From a virus, in IMG/VR virus record IMGVR_UViG_3300037479_000281: DNA of 43,789 bases, one strand, 5' to 3'. A program made the position numbers and the translations under genes. Position 1 is the stretch's first letter; each line of letters begins with the position of its first letter. The notes under the pieces were generated by a model. It ran no database searches, was not told where the DNA came from, and saw nothing but the letters and a program-made list of their open reading frames with translations. Positions 14,237 through 22,423 of this stretch are shown in pieces.

Positions 14237-14785
14237 CTAAAATGGGATCGAATCGTCATCCACCAAGGGCTGCCGGCCAGCCGGTTTCTCTTCCTTCGAC
14301 CCGACCACGGTGCTCGATTGCGCCTGCACGCGCCGGGGACGTTTGAACGTCCCATCCCGAAGAGCGTCGATGTGTTGCGGCTCTTCGTAGATCCCCCACA
14401 TCCCCGCCGGCTTCATTTGGGTCTTGCCGTTGTACGTTTCCGGTTTGACCCGGACGGCGAGTTGCGAGCCGATCACTTGATGGGGCTCGATCTCGACCGA
14501 GGCCCCGCTCGTAGGCAGGCCGGCGGCACGGCAGAACGATTTCAGTTTTGAGAGCACCTTCAAGTTTTCGTGCTCAAGGACGACAAACTCATCGATCTGG
14601 AAGACAGGGTGGCCCAGCTCTGGTTCGCTCTTCAGCTTCAGCTTCCATTGAATGTTCCCGGCCTTGGAATGGTCGCGCTCGCAGGCCGTGACCCGCATCA
14701 CATACCACCCCGGCTCGACGATCACCTCCCAGGGCGGGGCGTTCTCTTCCTCGTCTGGGATAGCGTCCATGTCGAAGACAGGCAT
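14237..14785 (-). CDS. Phage single-stranded DNA-binding protein (DUF669-type)
   Basis: The C-terminal acidic tip LVDDDSIPF mimics the bacterial SSB tail DDDIPF. The gene lies immediately downstream of the Sak4-like ATPase, as in known Sak4/SSB pairs. Confidence 0.75.
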   Translation of the reverse strand: MPVFDMDAIPDEEENAPPWEVIVEPGWYVMRVTACERDHSKAGNIQWKLKLKSEPELGHPVFQIDEFVVLEHENLKVLSKLKSFCRAAGLPTSGASVEIEPHQVIGSQLAVRVKPETYNGKTQMKPAGMWGIYEEPQHIDALRDGTFKRPRRVQAQSSTVVGSKEEKPAGRQPLVDDDSIPF

Positions 14786-14793
14786 ATCTCACC

Positions 14794-15714
14794 TCACTTC
14801 GTTTCGGCCAGGGGTTTTAGTTGATCCTTTGACCAGTTGATGCACGCCTGCAAGTGGTCGGCGCGCATGTCAATCAGCTCGTCCACGTCAGCTTTGCGCA
14901 GCCATTGGGCCAGCAGCTTCGTTGTGTCTTTGCCTTCCCTGAGCAGCGCGCTCAGGAGCATGTTCAGCTCGGCCACCTGCTCCTCGCTGGCCAGCGGCGC
15001 CGTGGCTGCCTTGCGCTCGATCTTCTCGACGCCCCAGGTCTTTCGCAGAATCTCGGGGGTCCACTCAAAGGACGGCTTGAAGATTTGCGAAGGGAAAGAA
15101 CGCTGCTTCAAGCACTCGGCCATACGTCTGGTGCCAGCCTTGTCGACTCGGAAGACGAAGTCAAAGAAGTAGTCCAGGCTCTTTTCGCCGTCGAAGGTCA
15201 AGCCGATCTGCTTCAGCGAATCGCCCACCGCCTCATAGGCTTTCTTCTGGTGGCAGGTCATTACCACGTTCATATCGAGCTTCCCAAGAAGCGACATCAG
15301 TCGCTTGTGGGTGGCTTTGACTTTGCCCCAGTAGCGGAAGCCGAAGTCTTCGAACTCGGCTTGTTCCTTCTCGCCTTTCTTGAGCGCTCGATCTCGGAAA
15401 AGTTGGCTCCAGCGCTCTTGGATGCTCTGGTAGATATTGGTGTAAGGATCGATGATCAAGGTGTTGTAGTCGTGCTCCTCGCTCATGAGCGAGCGAATCT
15501 CATCCAGGAGCACTTCGGCATCGTTGGTCTGAAGCAGAACTGAGCCTTGCTCGACAATCAGCCCCTTGTAGCGGTTGCAGCCGTTCTCGGTGTCGATGAT
15601 CACAGCCTTGGGGAAGGCCAGAATCGAGCCGACGGTTTTGCCGCTGTCGGGCGGGCCGAAGAAGAAGGCTTTCAAGCGGTCGTCGGCGGATGGGGTTGGT
15701 TTTGCAGCTCTCAT
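14794..15714 (-). CDS. Sak4-like RecA-fold ATPase (AAA_24 type, recombination)
   Basis: Walker A is FGPPDSGKT and the Walker B-like segment is NTLIIDPYT. Size and synteny with the SSB support the call. Confidence 0.75.
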   Translation of the reverse strand: MRAAKPTPSADDRLKAFFFGPPDSGKTVGSILAFPKAVIIDTENGCNRYKGLIVEQGSVLLQTNDAEVLLDEIRSLMSEEHDYNTLIIDPYTNIYQSIQERWSQLFRDRALKKGEKEQAEFEDFGFRYWGKVKATHKRLMSLLGKLDMNVVMTCHQKKAYEAVGDSLKQIGLTFDGEKSLDYFFDFVFRVDKAGTRRMAECLKQRSFPSQIFKPSFEWTPEILRKTWGVEKIERKAATAPLASEEQVAELNMLLSALLREGKDTTKLLAQWLRKADVDELIDMRADHLQACINWSKDQLKPLAETK

Positions 15715-15741
15715 GCTTCCTCCTGTCTTTGCGCCGGAACT

Positions 15742-15960
15742 TCAGGCATCCGGCTTCTCCTTCGCCAGCTCGGCGAGCAGCTTGTCTACGCTACGCGCCT
15801 CGCCGACTGGATCGAGTCGATCACGATTGGCAAAACTCAGCATCGCCGCCAGCTCGCGCTTAGTCGGCAGTTTCTCGGCGATGGCCTCGAGCGCTTCTGT
15901 GATGCGCCCAATATAGCCTAACGGAAAGCCGAGAGGGTCAAAGTCGTCGTGGTCGCTCAT
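15742..15960 (-). CDS. Hypothetical acidic protein (72 aa)
   Basis: Sense ORF in the tightly packed operon. Confidence 0.55.
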   Translation of the reverse strand: MSDHDDFDPLGFPLGYIGRITEALEAIAEKLPTKRELAAMLSFANRDRLDPVGEARSVDKLLAELAKEKPDA

Positions 15961-15963
15961 GTC

Positions 15964-16245
15964 TCAGTCCCTCGGGTCGTGGGGCGCCGGCGCGGCCACC
16001 GCCTGGTCAACGATGCGCTCGACCGCCTCGGCGCCGGCCTTGCCGACCTCGTGCGCGAAGATGGCATCGGTGAGCGCGTCGCGCAGGCGCTTGAGATTGG
16101 CGATTTTGTCGATCGCCAAGCCAAGCCCCCCTCGCTCGTTTGTCGATTTGAGCCGCACCCACCAGCATTCGTTGGCATGAACGTCTCGCTCAACAGAAAT
16201 CTGGATCTCGTCGAACATCCCGAAAGTGAAACTCGCGCTATGCAT
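15964..16245 (-). CDS. Hypothetical protein (93 aa)
   Basis: An ACAGGAGGA RBS lies upstream of the ATG at 16245. Confidence 0.55.
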   Translation of the reverse strand: MHSASFTFGMFDEIQISVERDVHANECWWVRLKSTNERGGLGLAIDKIANLKRLRDALTDAIFAHEVGKAGAEAVERIVDQAVAAPAPHDPRD

Positions 16246-16258
16246 AAATCCTCCTGTC

Positions 16259-16375
16259 CTACTTGCCCCACTCAGCTATCACGCCGGCCAACGCGGCCAC
16301 GCACAACAAGCCAAGCACAAAGAACCAAAGCGAGCCGAGCCATTCCAGGTCTCGGCGGAAACGGTCGTTGCCCAC
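16259..16375 (-). CDS. Small single-TM protein (38 aa; too short for the ORF track)
   Basis: A GAGGAGG RBS lies 4 nt upstream of the GTG at 16375. The translation is VGNDRFRRDLEWLGSLWFFVLGLLCVAALAGVIAEWGK. Confidence 0.4.
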   Translation of the reverse strand: MGNDRFRRDLEWLGSLWFFVLGLLCVAALAGVIAEWGK

Positions 16376-16384
16376 GGGGCCTCC

Positions 16385-16831
16385 TCAATTCGATAAGAAC
16401 TCGACAAACTTCACTTGCTCATTCGAGCACAAGTCATGCAGCGTGTGCCATTCGGCTTCGGCGGCTGACTTCTCGCCGCCGACGGGGCTTGGAATATGCA
16501 CGATTGCGCCCAGCTCGGGATCATCTTCTTCGTAGCCGGGCAAACCCAAAACGTAGCCGTAATCCGTGCCGATGTCTCTGTCCTTCCAATGGATTCGAAC
16601 CTTGGCGCCGTATCTGAGATGCTCCGTCTTCTTGAGCTTCGTCCAGTCTGGCTCCTGCGCCTTTTCTGGTAAGTCCCGGGCTCCGGTTTGCAGCTCCAAG
16701 GATCTGATCAAGGCTCGCAAGGTGGCATTGAACATTGTTCTCGCTGTTCTCCTGTAGCACCAGCACGGCGCCTGCCATTCGCCAGCGTCCCAGAATTGCA
16801 ATCGGGGGCAACCGGCTGCATGTTCGGCCAT
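16385..16831 (-). CDS. Hypothetical protein (148 aa)
   Basis: Sense ORF, 1 nt from the upstream stop. Confidence 0.6.
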   Translation of the reverse strand: MAEHAAGCPRLQFWDAGEWQAPCWCYRRTARTMFNATLRALIRSLELQTGARDLPEKAQEPDWTKLKKTEHLRYGAKVRIHWKDRDIGTDYGYVLGLPGYEEDDPELGAIVHIPSPVGGEKSAAEAEWHTLHDLCSNEQVKFVEFLSN

Positions 16832-16832
16832 A

Positions 16833-17114
16833 TCAGAATCTCCCGCCGCCGATCATGTCGAAGAACTCCCGATTGGTCAGCGGCTCTGCGCACGCCTCGG
16901 CGTAGTCGTGCTCGCGCAGGTGCTCCGCTTGGCAGTCATCGCAGAGCGGCTCCTCGCAGCGCTCGCACAGCTCCAGCGTGGTGAAGCCCTTCTGGCAGTC
17001 ACAGCAGCGCTGGACGTTCAAGGCATCCGTGCAGTCGGTACAGTAATAGTGCCGGCCAGTCTCGCCGATGACCGGCCAGGGCGCCTCGGCGGCGCCGCAG
17101 CGGTGGCAGCTCAT
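16833..17114 (-). CDS. Cys-rich multi-zinc-finger (B-box-like) protein (93 aa)
   Basis: ATGA overlap with the upstream stop. Motifs are CHRC...CTDC...CCDC...CERC....CDDC...H...H. Confidence 0.6.
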   Translation of the reverse strand: MSCHRCGAAEAPWPVIGETGRHYYCTDCTDALNVQRCCDCQKGFTTLELCERCEEPLCDDCQAEHLREHDYAEACAEPLTNREFFDMIGGGRF

Positions 17115-17596
17115 GTGGCGTCCCTCTCTTCGCGCCGGGCGATGTCCACATACGCACGCGCGCGCTCGTCCCATTGATACGTTGCGCTGGCCGCCTGGTC
17201 GCGGCCGAGCTGGTTCTCTTCCAGATCGTAGAGCGTGATCATCCCCGTCAGCGAGTAGCGCCGGTCGTTCAGCGCCGAGTGGATCTCGTGATCCTGTAGC
17301 ACCGGCGGGAAGGGCGGGCGGTAGCGGGTCATGGTTGTTTTCCAATCCCCACCACAAGCACCCTTGGGCTTGCTGGAGCGCCGGGGCCGCTTGACGTGCT
17401 CGTAGATGCCCGGGGCGCTCGCGTGCTCGGGCCGGCTCGTCACCAGCGGCTCGTCTTCGGGCGCCGCGCCGTTGCCGGGATAAGGCTCGAACGCCAATAC
17501 TTTTGCCAACGCCTCGCGTAGGCAACCCACGAAATCAGAGTGCCAGTTTATCGCGTCCTTGAGGTGCTGCTGGATGTCTTCGATGCTCGGGGGCAT
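17111..17596 (-). CDS. Hypothetical protein (161 aa)
   Basis: An AGGAGAA RBS precedes the ATG at 17596. Confidence 0.6.
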   Translation of the reverse strand: MPPSIEDIQQHLKDAINWHSDFVGCLREALAKVLAFEPYPGNGAAPEDEPLVTSRPEHASAPGIYEHVKRPRRSSKPKGACGGDWKTTMTRYRPPFPPVLQDHEIHSALNDRRYSLTGMITLYDLEENQLGRDQAASATYQWDERARAYVDIARREERDAT

Positions 17597-17667
17597 GGCG
17601 TTCTCCTGTGGTTGAAAGCCCCAGCGCCGGGCGCCCATCGCTCAGCGGCCCGGACGCCGGGGAAAGA

Positions 17668-17916
17668 TTACTTGGTCGGTGGTACAAAATCGAAGGCGGG
17701 GGATGCCGGTGGCTCATTCGCCGCTCGGCATTCGGCCCGTTGCGTGCGCTCCAGCGCCGCCACCCGCTCGGCCAGACGGGCGTTGTCGGCGCGCAGGTCG
17801 CAGATAGCCTGGACGAGCAGATCAATGCTCTGGTGTAGCTGCTCTGCAATGTAGACTGAATGCGGACGCTCGGCTGCATGGTCTTTTTCCTGGTCGGTCA
17901 TCCGATTGGCGAGCAT
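17668..17916 (-). CDS. Coiled-coil protein (82 aa)
   Basis: An AGGAGGA RBS precedes the ATG at 17916. Confidence 0.55.
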   Translation of the reverse strand: MLANRMTDQEKDHAAERPHSVYIAEQLHQSIDLLVQAICDLRADNARLAERVAALERTQRAECRAANEPPASPAFDFVPPTK

Positions 17917-17938
17917 GTGTCCTCCTGTTGTGCGGGGG

Positions 17939-18121
17939 TCAGTCGGCGCAGAAGCGCTCGCGGCCTGGATCGGCTGGCGGCGTCCAGGGCTCCAGGTGCT
18001 CATGCTCGATCGGCGCGCGGCGGCGCGGCATGCTGTCGGCTCTCGGCGCCTGCTCTTCGCATCCGGCGCACCAGGGATCGCGGCAGATCTCGCACGGCTG
18101 AGCGGTGTATCGTCGGTCCAT
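17939..18121 (-). CDS. Small CxxC protein (60 aa)
   Basis: An AGGAGGAAG RBS precedes the ATG at 18121. CEIC and CAGC motifs are present. Confidence 0.55.
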   Translation of the reverse strand: MDRRYTAQPCEICRDPWCAGCEEQAPRADSMPRRRAPIEHEHLEPWTPPADPGRERFCAD

Positions 18122-18187
18122 GGCTTCCTCCTGTCGGGTTGGTAGGGACCGCCGGGCCCGGGTCGAGAGCCCGGCGGGTATGGGGGC

Positions 18188-18400
18188 TCAGTTCGACCAG
18201 GGCTTCCTGGTCACGGGATAGGCCGTCGGCTCGAGCTTGCGAGCCGTGCCGCCGTGGCGAGCAGCGTACTCGCGAGCCCGCTGCTCGGTGATCCCGAACA
18301 TCCGCTGGGACATGTGCGGCCCGATCCACTGCCAATCGTGGGGCTCGGGATTCATTGCCGTGGCGAGCGAGCGGAAGGCTTCGAGCTGCGTCTCGGTCAT
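18188..18400 (-). CDS. First gene of the leftward early arm, hypothetical (70 aa)
   Basis: An AGGAGGAAG RBS precedes the ATG at 18400. Confidence 0.6.
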   Translation of the reverse strand: MTETQLEAFRSLATAMNPEPHDWQWIGPHMSQRMFGITEQRAREYAARHGGTARKLEPTAYPVTRKPWSN

Positions 18401-18448
18401 GTGCTTCCTCCTGTCTTTCGGCCAGCCCCGCGCCCGCACACTTCGCGC

Positions 18449-18477
18449 TTGCGCCGGCCGGCCAACACGGGTAGTAT
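18449..18477 (+). promoter_or_regulatory. Candidate sigma70-type rightward promoter (TTGCGC-17-TAGTAT)
   Basis: The -35 is at 18449..18454 and the -10 at 18472..18477, with a 17-nt spacer. It lies about 50 nt upstream of the RHH gene. Confidence 0.4.
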
Positions 18478-18501
18478 CGCCAATCGGCCGGCGATAATCA
18501 A
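18473..18501 (-). promoter_or_regulatory. Candidate sigma70-type leftward promoter (TTGATT-17-GATACT)
   Basis: The -35 is on plus-strand coordinates 18496..18501 and the -10 on 18473..18478. This -10 shares 5 of its 6 bp with the rightward -10. Confidence 0.4.
18475..18496. promoter_or_regulatory. Palindromic operator-like site TATCGCC-N8-GGCGATA
   Basis: The 7-bp inverted arms lie at 18475..18481 and 18490..18496, inside the leftward promoter spacer. Confidence 0.5.
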
Positions 18502-18527
18502 CACAATTCCGCCGTCCTATTTAACTC

Positions 18528-18752
18528 ATGCCGTCACAAGTAACTAACAAACGCGGCCCCAAAGGCCTAGGCCTCGGGCGCCTAGCCAAAATCACAATCT
18601 GGATCCCGGCCGACTCCGCCGAAGCCCTCCGGGCCGCTGCTTGGCTTCAAGGCCGCCCCATAGCGGCCCTCGCACGCCAAGCGGTCATCGAGTACCTATC
18701 AAGCCTCCCGGCCGATCCTGGGGCCTCCCAGCGGCCCGCAAAGGGCTCGTAA
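18528..18752 (+). CDS. Ribbon-helix-helix (CopG/Arc-like) DNA-binding protein
   Basis: The segment KITIWIPADSAEALRAAAWLQGRPIAALARQAVIEYL fits a beta-strand followed by two helices. It is the first gene of the rightward arm. Confidence 0.65.
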   Translation: MPSQVTNKRGPKGLGLGRLAKITIWIPADSAEALRAAAWLQGRPIAALARQAVIEYLSSLPADPGASQRPAKGS

Positions 18753-18788
18753 TGGCGCCTCCATGGCCAATCTAGCCCTCCAGCAACC

Positions 18789-19433
18789 ATGGCCAGATCC
18801 CGGCGCGGACCACGCCTCCAGCGGCTCCTAGAGCTAGTCTGCCTAGGCTACCCGCAAGCCACTGCCGCCCAAGCGGCCATGGTCCCGGGCCGCACGGCGA
18901 CTCGCTGGATCCGCGAGCATCGCGAACGCCTCCACGCTATGCAACTCGAGGCGGCGGAAGCCGGTCGGGGAATCCTCCATGCGACCGTTGCCAAAGCGGC
19001 CCACCGCCTCGCTGTCCTCATCGACTCGGCCGACGAGAATGTCGCCCTAGGCGCCTGCCGGGCCTCGATCGCCGCGGTGACACGCATGGCCGAGCTGGAC
19101 CTCCAGGCTCAAGCGCAGGGCAATCGCGAGGAGCTCGAGCTCGACCTCGCCCGCGTCCGGGCCGAGCTCGCCGCCGGCCTAGGCCTCGTCGCCCCGGCGC
19201 CTGCGGCGCAGGCCCAGACTCCCGAGGCAACACCACTAGGGCCAGCAGCACCTGCCGACACTGCCGACACCGCCTACGCCATCCCCAGCCCGGAGCCCTC
19301 GGCTAGTGCGGCTACTGTGCCACAAGCCGATGCGGCAGGCCATGTTAGCGCTGGAGAGCAGGTGGGAGAGCGGGCCCCGGGCAGGCCAGCAGGCCCCCCG
19401 GGGGAGGGGGGAACCGAAACGTGTGGTACATAG
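18789..19433 (+). CDS. HTH-containing protein (regulator or candidate small terminase), 214 aa
   Basis: The N-terminal HTH-like segment is LGYPQATAAQAAMVPGRTATRWI, followed by a coiled-coil middle region. The function cannot be resolved from the sequence. Confidence 0.55.
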   Translation: MARSRRGPRLQRLLELVCLGYPQATAAQAAMVPGRTATRWIREHRERLHAMQLEAAEAGRGILHATVAKAAHRLAVLIDSADENVALGACRASIAAVTRMAELDLQAQAQGNREELELDLARVRAELAAGLGLVAPAPAAQAQTPEATPLGPAAPADTADTAYAIPSPEPSASAATVPQADAAGHVSAGEQVGERAPGRPAGPPGEGGTETCGT

Positions 19434-19454
19434 AACCCCCCTCCGAGTTTTTTT
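19403..19454 (+). terminator. Candidate terminator overlapping the gene's 3' end
   Basis: GGAGGGGGG (19403..19411) pairs with CCCCCCTCC (19436..19444) around a 24-nt loop, followed by TTTTTTT (19448..19454). Confidence 0.45.
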
Positions 19455-19487
19455 GCTTTTCGGGTTTTGGCCGAGGACGTTTTCAGC

Positions 19488-19784
19488 ATGGCGACTCACA
19501 AGCACGTCGTAGTGGTACGCAGTTGGCGGTTGCGATTCGAATGGGAAGACGACCGGCAGCCCCCGGCGAGGTGGTTGCCGGTGAAGGTGGTGCACACGCT
19601 GCACGAGCGGCCGGAGGAGGCGGCTAGGTGGAACGAGCGGTCGTGGCGGTGCGAGAAGTGCGGCCGGTTGTATCGGTGGAGGAAGCGGCACTCGCCGCGG
19701 TGGGGTTTTCTCGAGGCGCCTGGCGACGAGTCAGGGTCTTCTCTGGCACGCTCTTTGCCTTTAAAAGGCGAAACAGTTGACTAA
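19488..19784 (+). CDS. Trp/Arg-rich small protein with a CxxC motif (98 aa)
   Basis: The ATG is at 19488; an alternative TTG lies at 19467. A strong hairpin terminator follows. Confidence 0.5.
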   Translation: MATHKHVVVVRSWRLRFEWEDDRQPPARWLPVKVVHTLHERPEEAARWNERSWRCEKCGRLYRWRKRHSPRWGFLEAPGDESGSSLARSLPLKGETVD

Positions 19785-19838
19785 AAGACCCGAGCGGAGT
19801 ATACCGGCGGGTGCCGGTATACGGAGCGAGGGGCTTTT
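19783..19838 (+). terminator. Rho-independent terminator
   Basis: There is a perfect 10-bp stem GTATACCGGC/GCCGGTATAC (19799..19808 and 19813..19822) with a GGGT loop. The outer pairing is AAAAGACCC/GGGGCTTTT, ending in CTTTT. Confidence 0.6.
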
Positions 19839-19869
19839 AGGCATCTAGACAGCCCTGAGCTCTGCCCCG

Positions 19870-20067
19870 ATGGCGAAGATTTCCGGTTGGAGCTGCTACC
19901 CGCCGATAGGGCTAGAGGGGTGCCGGTGCCGGGAGCTGGACCCGAGGCCGAGGCGGTTTGGGGAGCTTCAGGCGGTGAACTCGGAGGGAGCAACGGTGGG
20001 GTTCCGGTGCGTGGGGTGTGGGGAAGAGGAGAGGCTGAGGGATGGGGAAAGCCCGGCACGTAGCTGA
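19870..20067 (+). CDS. Possible small CxC/CxxC protein (65 aa)
   Basis: An ORF in a G-rich region between two terminators. There is no clear RBS. Confidence 0.25.
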   Translation: MAKISGWSCYPPIGLEGCRCRELDPRPRRFGELQAVNSEGATVGFRCVGCGEEERLRDGESPARS

Positions 20068-20260
20068 CCGCAGGCGCATTCTGGCGTCTAGTCCGGACAG
20101 AGAGCAGGATGATGCTCCTCCGCCTCCGCAGTCTTTCCGCCCCTACGTGCCTCGGGATCTGCCGGCGCAGCCGTGGTTGCCGACGGTGGAGGACCTGAGG
20201 CGTGACCTGCGGGCCCGGGGGGTGGTGGAGAGGGCGTTGAGGACCTGCATAGCCCTCTGA
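20042..20260 (+). CDS. Possible small protein (72 aa)
   Basis: The ORF overlaps the previous one and ends about 45 nt before a strong terminator. Confidence 0.25.
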   Translation: MGKARHVADRRRILASSPDREQDDAPPPPQSFRPYVPRDLPAQPWLPTVEDLRRDLRARGVVERALRTCIAL

Positions 20261-20305
20261 GGCGCTCGTGGCTGTTTTCCCCTTCTCAGCCCCTTGAGCG
20301 CTACC

Positions 20306-20352
20306 ATGCTCATCCGTAGACCTTCCCCCAGGTGGCGGATGAGCATTTTTTG
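20306..20352 (+). terminator. Rho-independent terminator
   Basis: An 11-bp stem ATGCTCATCCG/CGGATGAGCAT (20306..20316 and 20336..20346), with the inner pairing ACCT/AGGT, is followed by TTTTT. Confidence 0.75.
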
Positions 20353-20382
20353 TTGCTAGTGGGGACATTTTGTGCCTATGCT
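20353..20382 (+). promoter_or_regulatory. Candidate late-operon promoter (TTGCTA-18-TATGCT)
   Basis: It lies directly after the terminator and 35 nt upstream of the first ORF of the morphogenesis operon. Confidence 0.4.
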
Positions 20383-20416
20383 TGTGGACGAGTCTTAGCC
20401 GCTTAGAGGCTGAAAC

Positions 20417-20584
20417 ATGGCCACCTGTCCCCGCTGCAACAATCCCGGGCACGAAGTCGAGCTGATCGCCGCTGAGGATCTCCGCCTGGTGTGCTTCTGC
20501 GAGGCCTGCTGCGCGCGGTGGTCGGAGGAGGTGGAGTGGCGGGGGGCGCCGGGGGACCTTCAGGAGGAGCCAGCGCGTGTCTGA
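20417..20584 (+). CDS. Small zinc-ribbon protein (55 aa; too short for the ORF track)
   Basis: My translation is MATCPRCNNPGHEVELIAAEDLRLVCFCEACCARW... There is an 8-nt overlap with the next gene. Confidence 0.45.
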   Translation: MATCPRCNNPGHEVELIAAEDLRLVCFCEACCARWSEEVEWRGAPGDLQEEPARV

Positions 20585-20849
20585 AGACTCCTATCAGCGC
20601 CGGCTGAAGCTCGATCGTCTTGCCAAAGAGCTGAGCGATGATTATGAGCGCAACCAGTCTGAATGCGCTCATCGGTGGGTAACTACCATGACCCCTTCCT
20701 GCGCTGAGATTCGTTGCCATGATTGCAATCTCGCAGGTGGGTCAATCTACATCCGTGATGGCCAGTCTATCCAGGATGCGGAAGAGGCTTTCGCTGATCT
20801 TTGCTATTCAGCGATCGAGCGCTTTGGTGGCGAGAGGTTCAAGCCATGA
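20577..20849 (+). CDS. Hypothetical protein upstream of terL, possible small terminase (90 aa)
   Basis: An AGGAGGAG RBS precedes the GTG at 20577. There is an ATGA overlap with terL. Confidence 0.5.
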   Translation: MSEDSYQRRLKLDRLAKELSDDYERNQSECAHRWVTTMTPSCAEIRCHDCNLAGGSIYIRDGQSIQDAEEAFADLCYSAIERFGGERFKP

Positions 20850-22423
20850 CCACCAAGGCCCCGGCGAAGCCGCGCTCCAATGCTGCGCTTCTGCGCGAGG
20901 CCCAGCGCTTGGAGGCCGCGCTCGCCGCGCTTGACCGCCAAGAGCGCCTCAAGCGCACGCGGTTCCTCCCCTCCCAGCAAAAGCTCATCGACGCCTACAA
21001 CGACCCGGCTGTCAAGACCATCCTCTTCCTCGGGGCCAACCAGTCGGGGAAGACCGACGCCTCGGCCCGCTGCCTTTGCGCCACGGCGCTTGGCGTCCAG
21101 CCCTGGGACAACCGGCCGCGTCGCTTTCGGCCGCCGGTTCGGATCGCGGTCCTCCTTGAGGACTACGACAACCACGCCTTCATCTACGCCGAGCAGAAGG
21201 TCATTGAGCTGATGCCGCCGGGGGCCGTCGAGATCATCGAGCGCACCCAGCGGGGAGCCCCGCGGGTCCTGCGTTTTAAGGAGACCGGCTCGACGGTCCA
21301 CCTTTTTACGAAGGACCAGGAGTCCCGGCGGCTCGAGTCGGCGACCTGGCATGAGCTCTACGTCGATGAGCCCTGCGCCCGCTCGGACTTCATCGCTCTC
21401 TCCCGCGGCCTACAGAAGTTCGACGGGAAGACCGTGATGACGATGACACCGCTCTCCGAGCCCTGGATCTTTGACGAGATCTACACCAGGGCTGGGAACC
21501 TCGGGGGCGACAAGGGCTCGATCTTCGCCATCACCACCTTCCCCGACGAGAATAAACAGTCCCAAGGTGGCTACCTCTCCGATGCCGGCGTCGATGAGTT
21601 CCGCGCGAAGATGTCCGAGGAGGAGCGCGAGGCGCGCGTCCATGGCCGCTTCCTGCACCTCCTCGGACGGGTCTATAAGAACTTCGATGAATCGATTCAC
21701 GTTCTGAAGGAGCACCCGGTGCCCGCCGAGGAGCGCTGCCACGGCGTGACGATCGACCCGCACGACCGCTTGCCCTGGGCCATCGCCTGGTTCTATGTGA
21801 CCCCCGGAGGCGACATCGTCTTTTACGATGAGTGGCCGCACGAGGCCTTCGAGGAGATCCGGGACTCGAAATTGGTCGTCAACGATTACGCCAAGATTCT
21901 GAAGGACCATGGGTCGACTGTCTACCGCTTCATGGACCCCAATGCCGGCCGCCGCCGCTCGGTCTTGACCGGCATGACGATCGCCGAGGCGATGCAGGCT
22001 CTCTCCGATGAGGCGAACCCGCTTTTCTTCGAGACCCGCATCAACGACGACCTCCAAGACGGCCATGAGTCCGTGCGCTCCCGCCTGGCCTGGAACAAGG
22101 ATAAGCCGCGCGACCCCTCGAACCAGCCGCGGCTCTACTTCCTCGACTCCTGCCGTAATCTGATCCGCTCCCTGCGCTCTTATATATGGGAGGACTGGCG
22201 CGGAAAGGTTGGGGAGGGGAAGCCGCTGAAAGAGAAGCCGCAGGAGAAGTTCAAGCACTTCCCCGACTGCGTCCGCTATACCTGCATCATGGATCCCCGC
22301 TGGCACACTCTTGGCCGCACTGAGCCACTGCGTCGAGAAGGCAATGTGATCCACTTCCGGCCCGGCTGGGAGGGCGGGGATCTGCGCTGGAAGATCCGCG
22401 AGCGCTTGAGGGCTAAGGCATGA
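20846..22423 (+). CDS. terL: Terminase large subunit
   Basis: Walker A is GANQSGKT and Walker B is ELYVDEP, followed by a C-terminal nuclease-type region. The gene lies immediately upstream of the portal, with an ATGA overlap. Confidence 0.85.
   Translation: MTTKAPAKPRSNAALLREAQRLEAALAALDRQERLKRTRFLPSQQKLIDAYNDPAVKTILFLGANQSGKTDASARCLCATALGVQPWDNRPRRFRPPVRIAVLLEDYDNHAFIYAEQKVIELMPPGAVEIIERTQRGAPRVLRFKETGSTVHLFTKDQESRRLESATWHELYVDEPCARSDFIALSRGLQKFDGKTVMTMTPLSEPWIFDEIYTRAGNLGGDKGSIFAITTFPDENKQSQGGYLSDAGVDEFRAKMSEEEREARVHGRFLHLLGRVYKNFDESIHVLKEHPVPAEERCHGVTIDPHDRLPWAIAWFYVTPGGDIVFYDEWPHEAFEEIRDSKLVVNDYAKILKDHGSTVYRFMDPNAGRRRSVLTGMTIAEAMQALSDEANPLFFETRINDDLQDGHESVRSRLAWNKDKPRDPSNQPRLYFLDSCRNLIRSLRSYIWEDWRGKVGEGKPLKEKPQEKFKHFPDCVRYTCIMDPRWHTLGRTEPLRREGNVIHFRPGWEGGDLRWKIRERLRAKA

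Noticed and set aside
19781-20452. A 223-aa minus-strand ORF spanning the region between the regulators and the late operon.
   Set aside because: It runs through two plus-strand terminator hairpins and the candidate late promoter. It is Pro/Arg/Ser-rich and is isolated from any other minus-strand gene.
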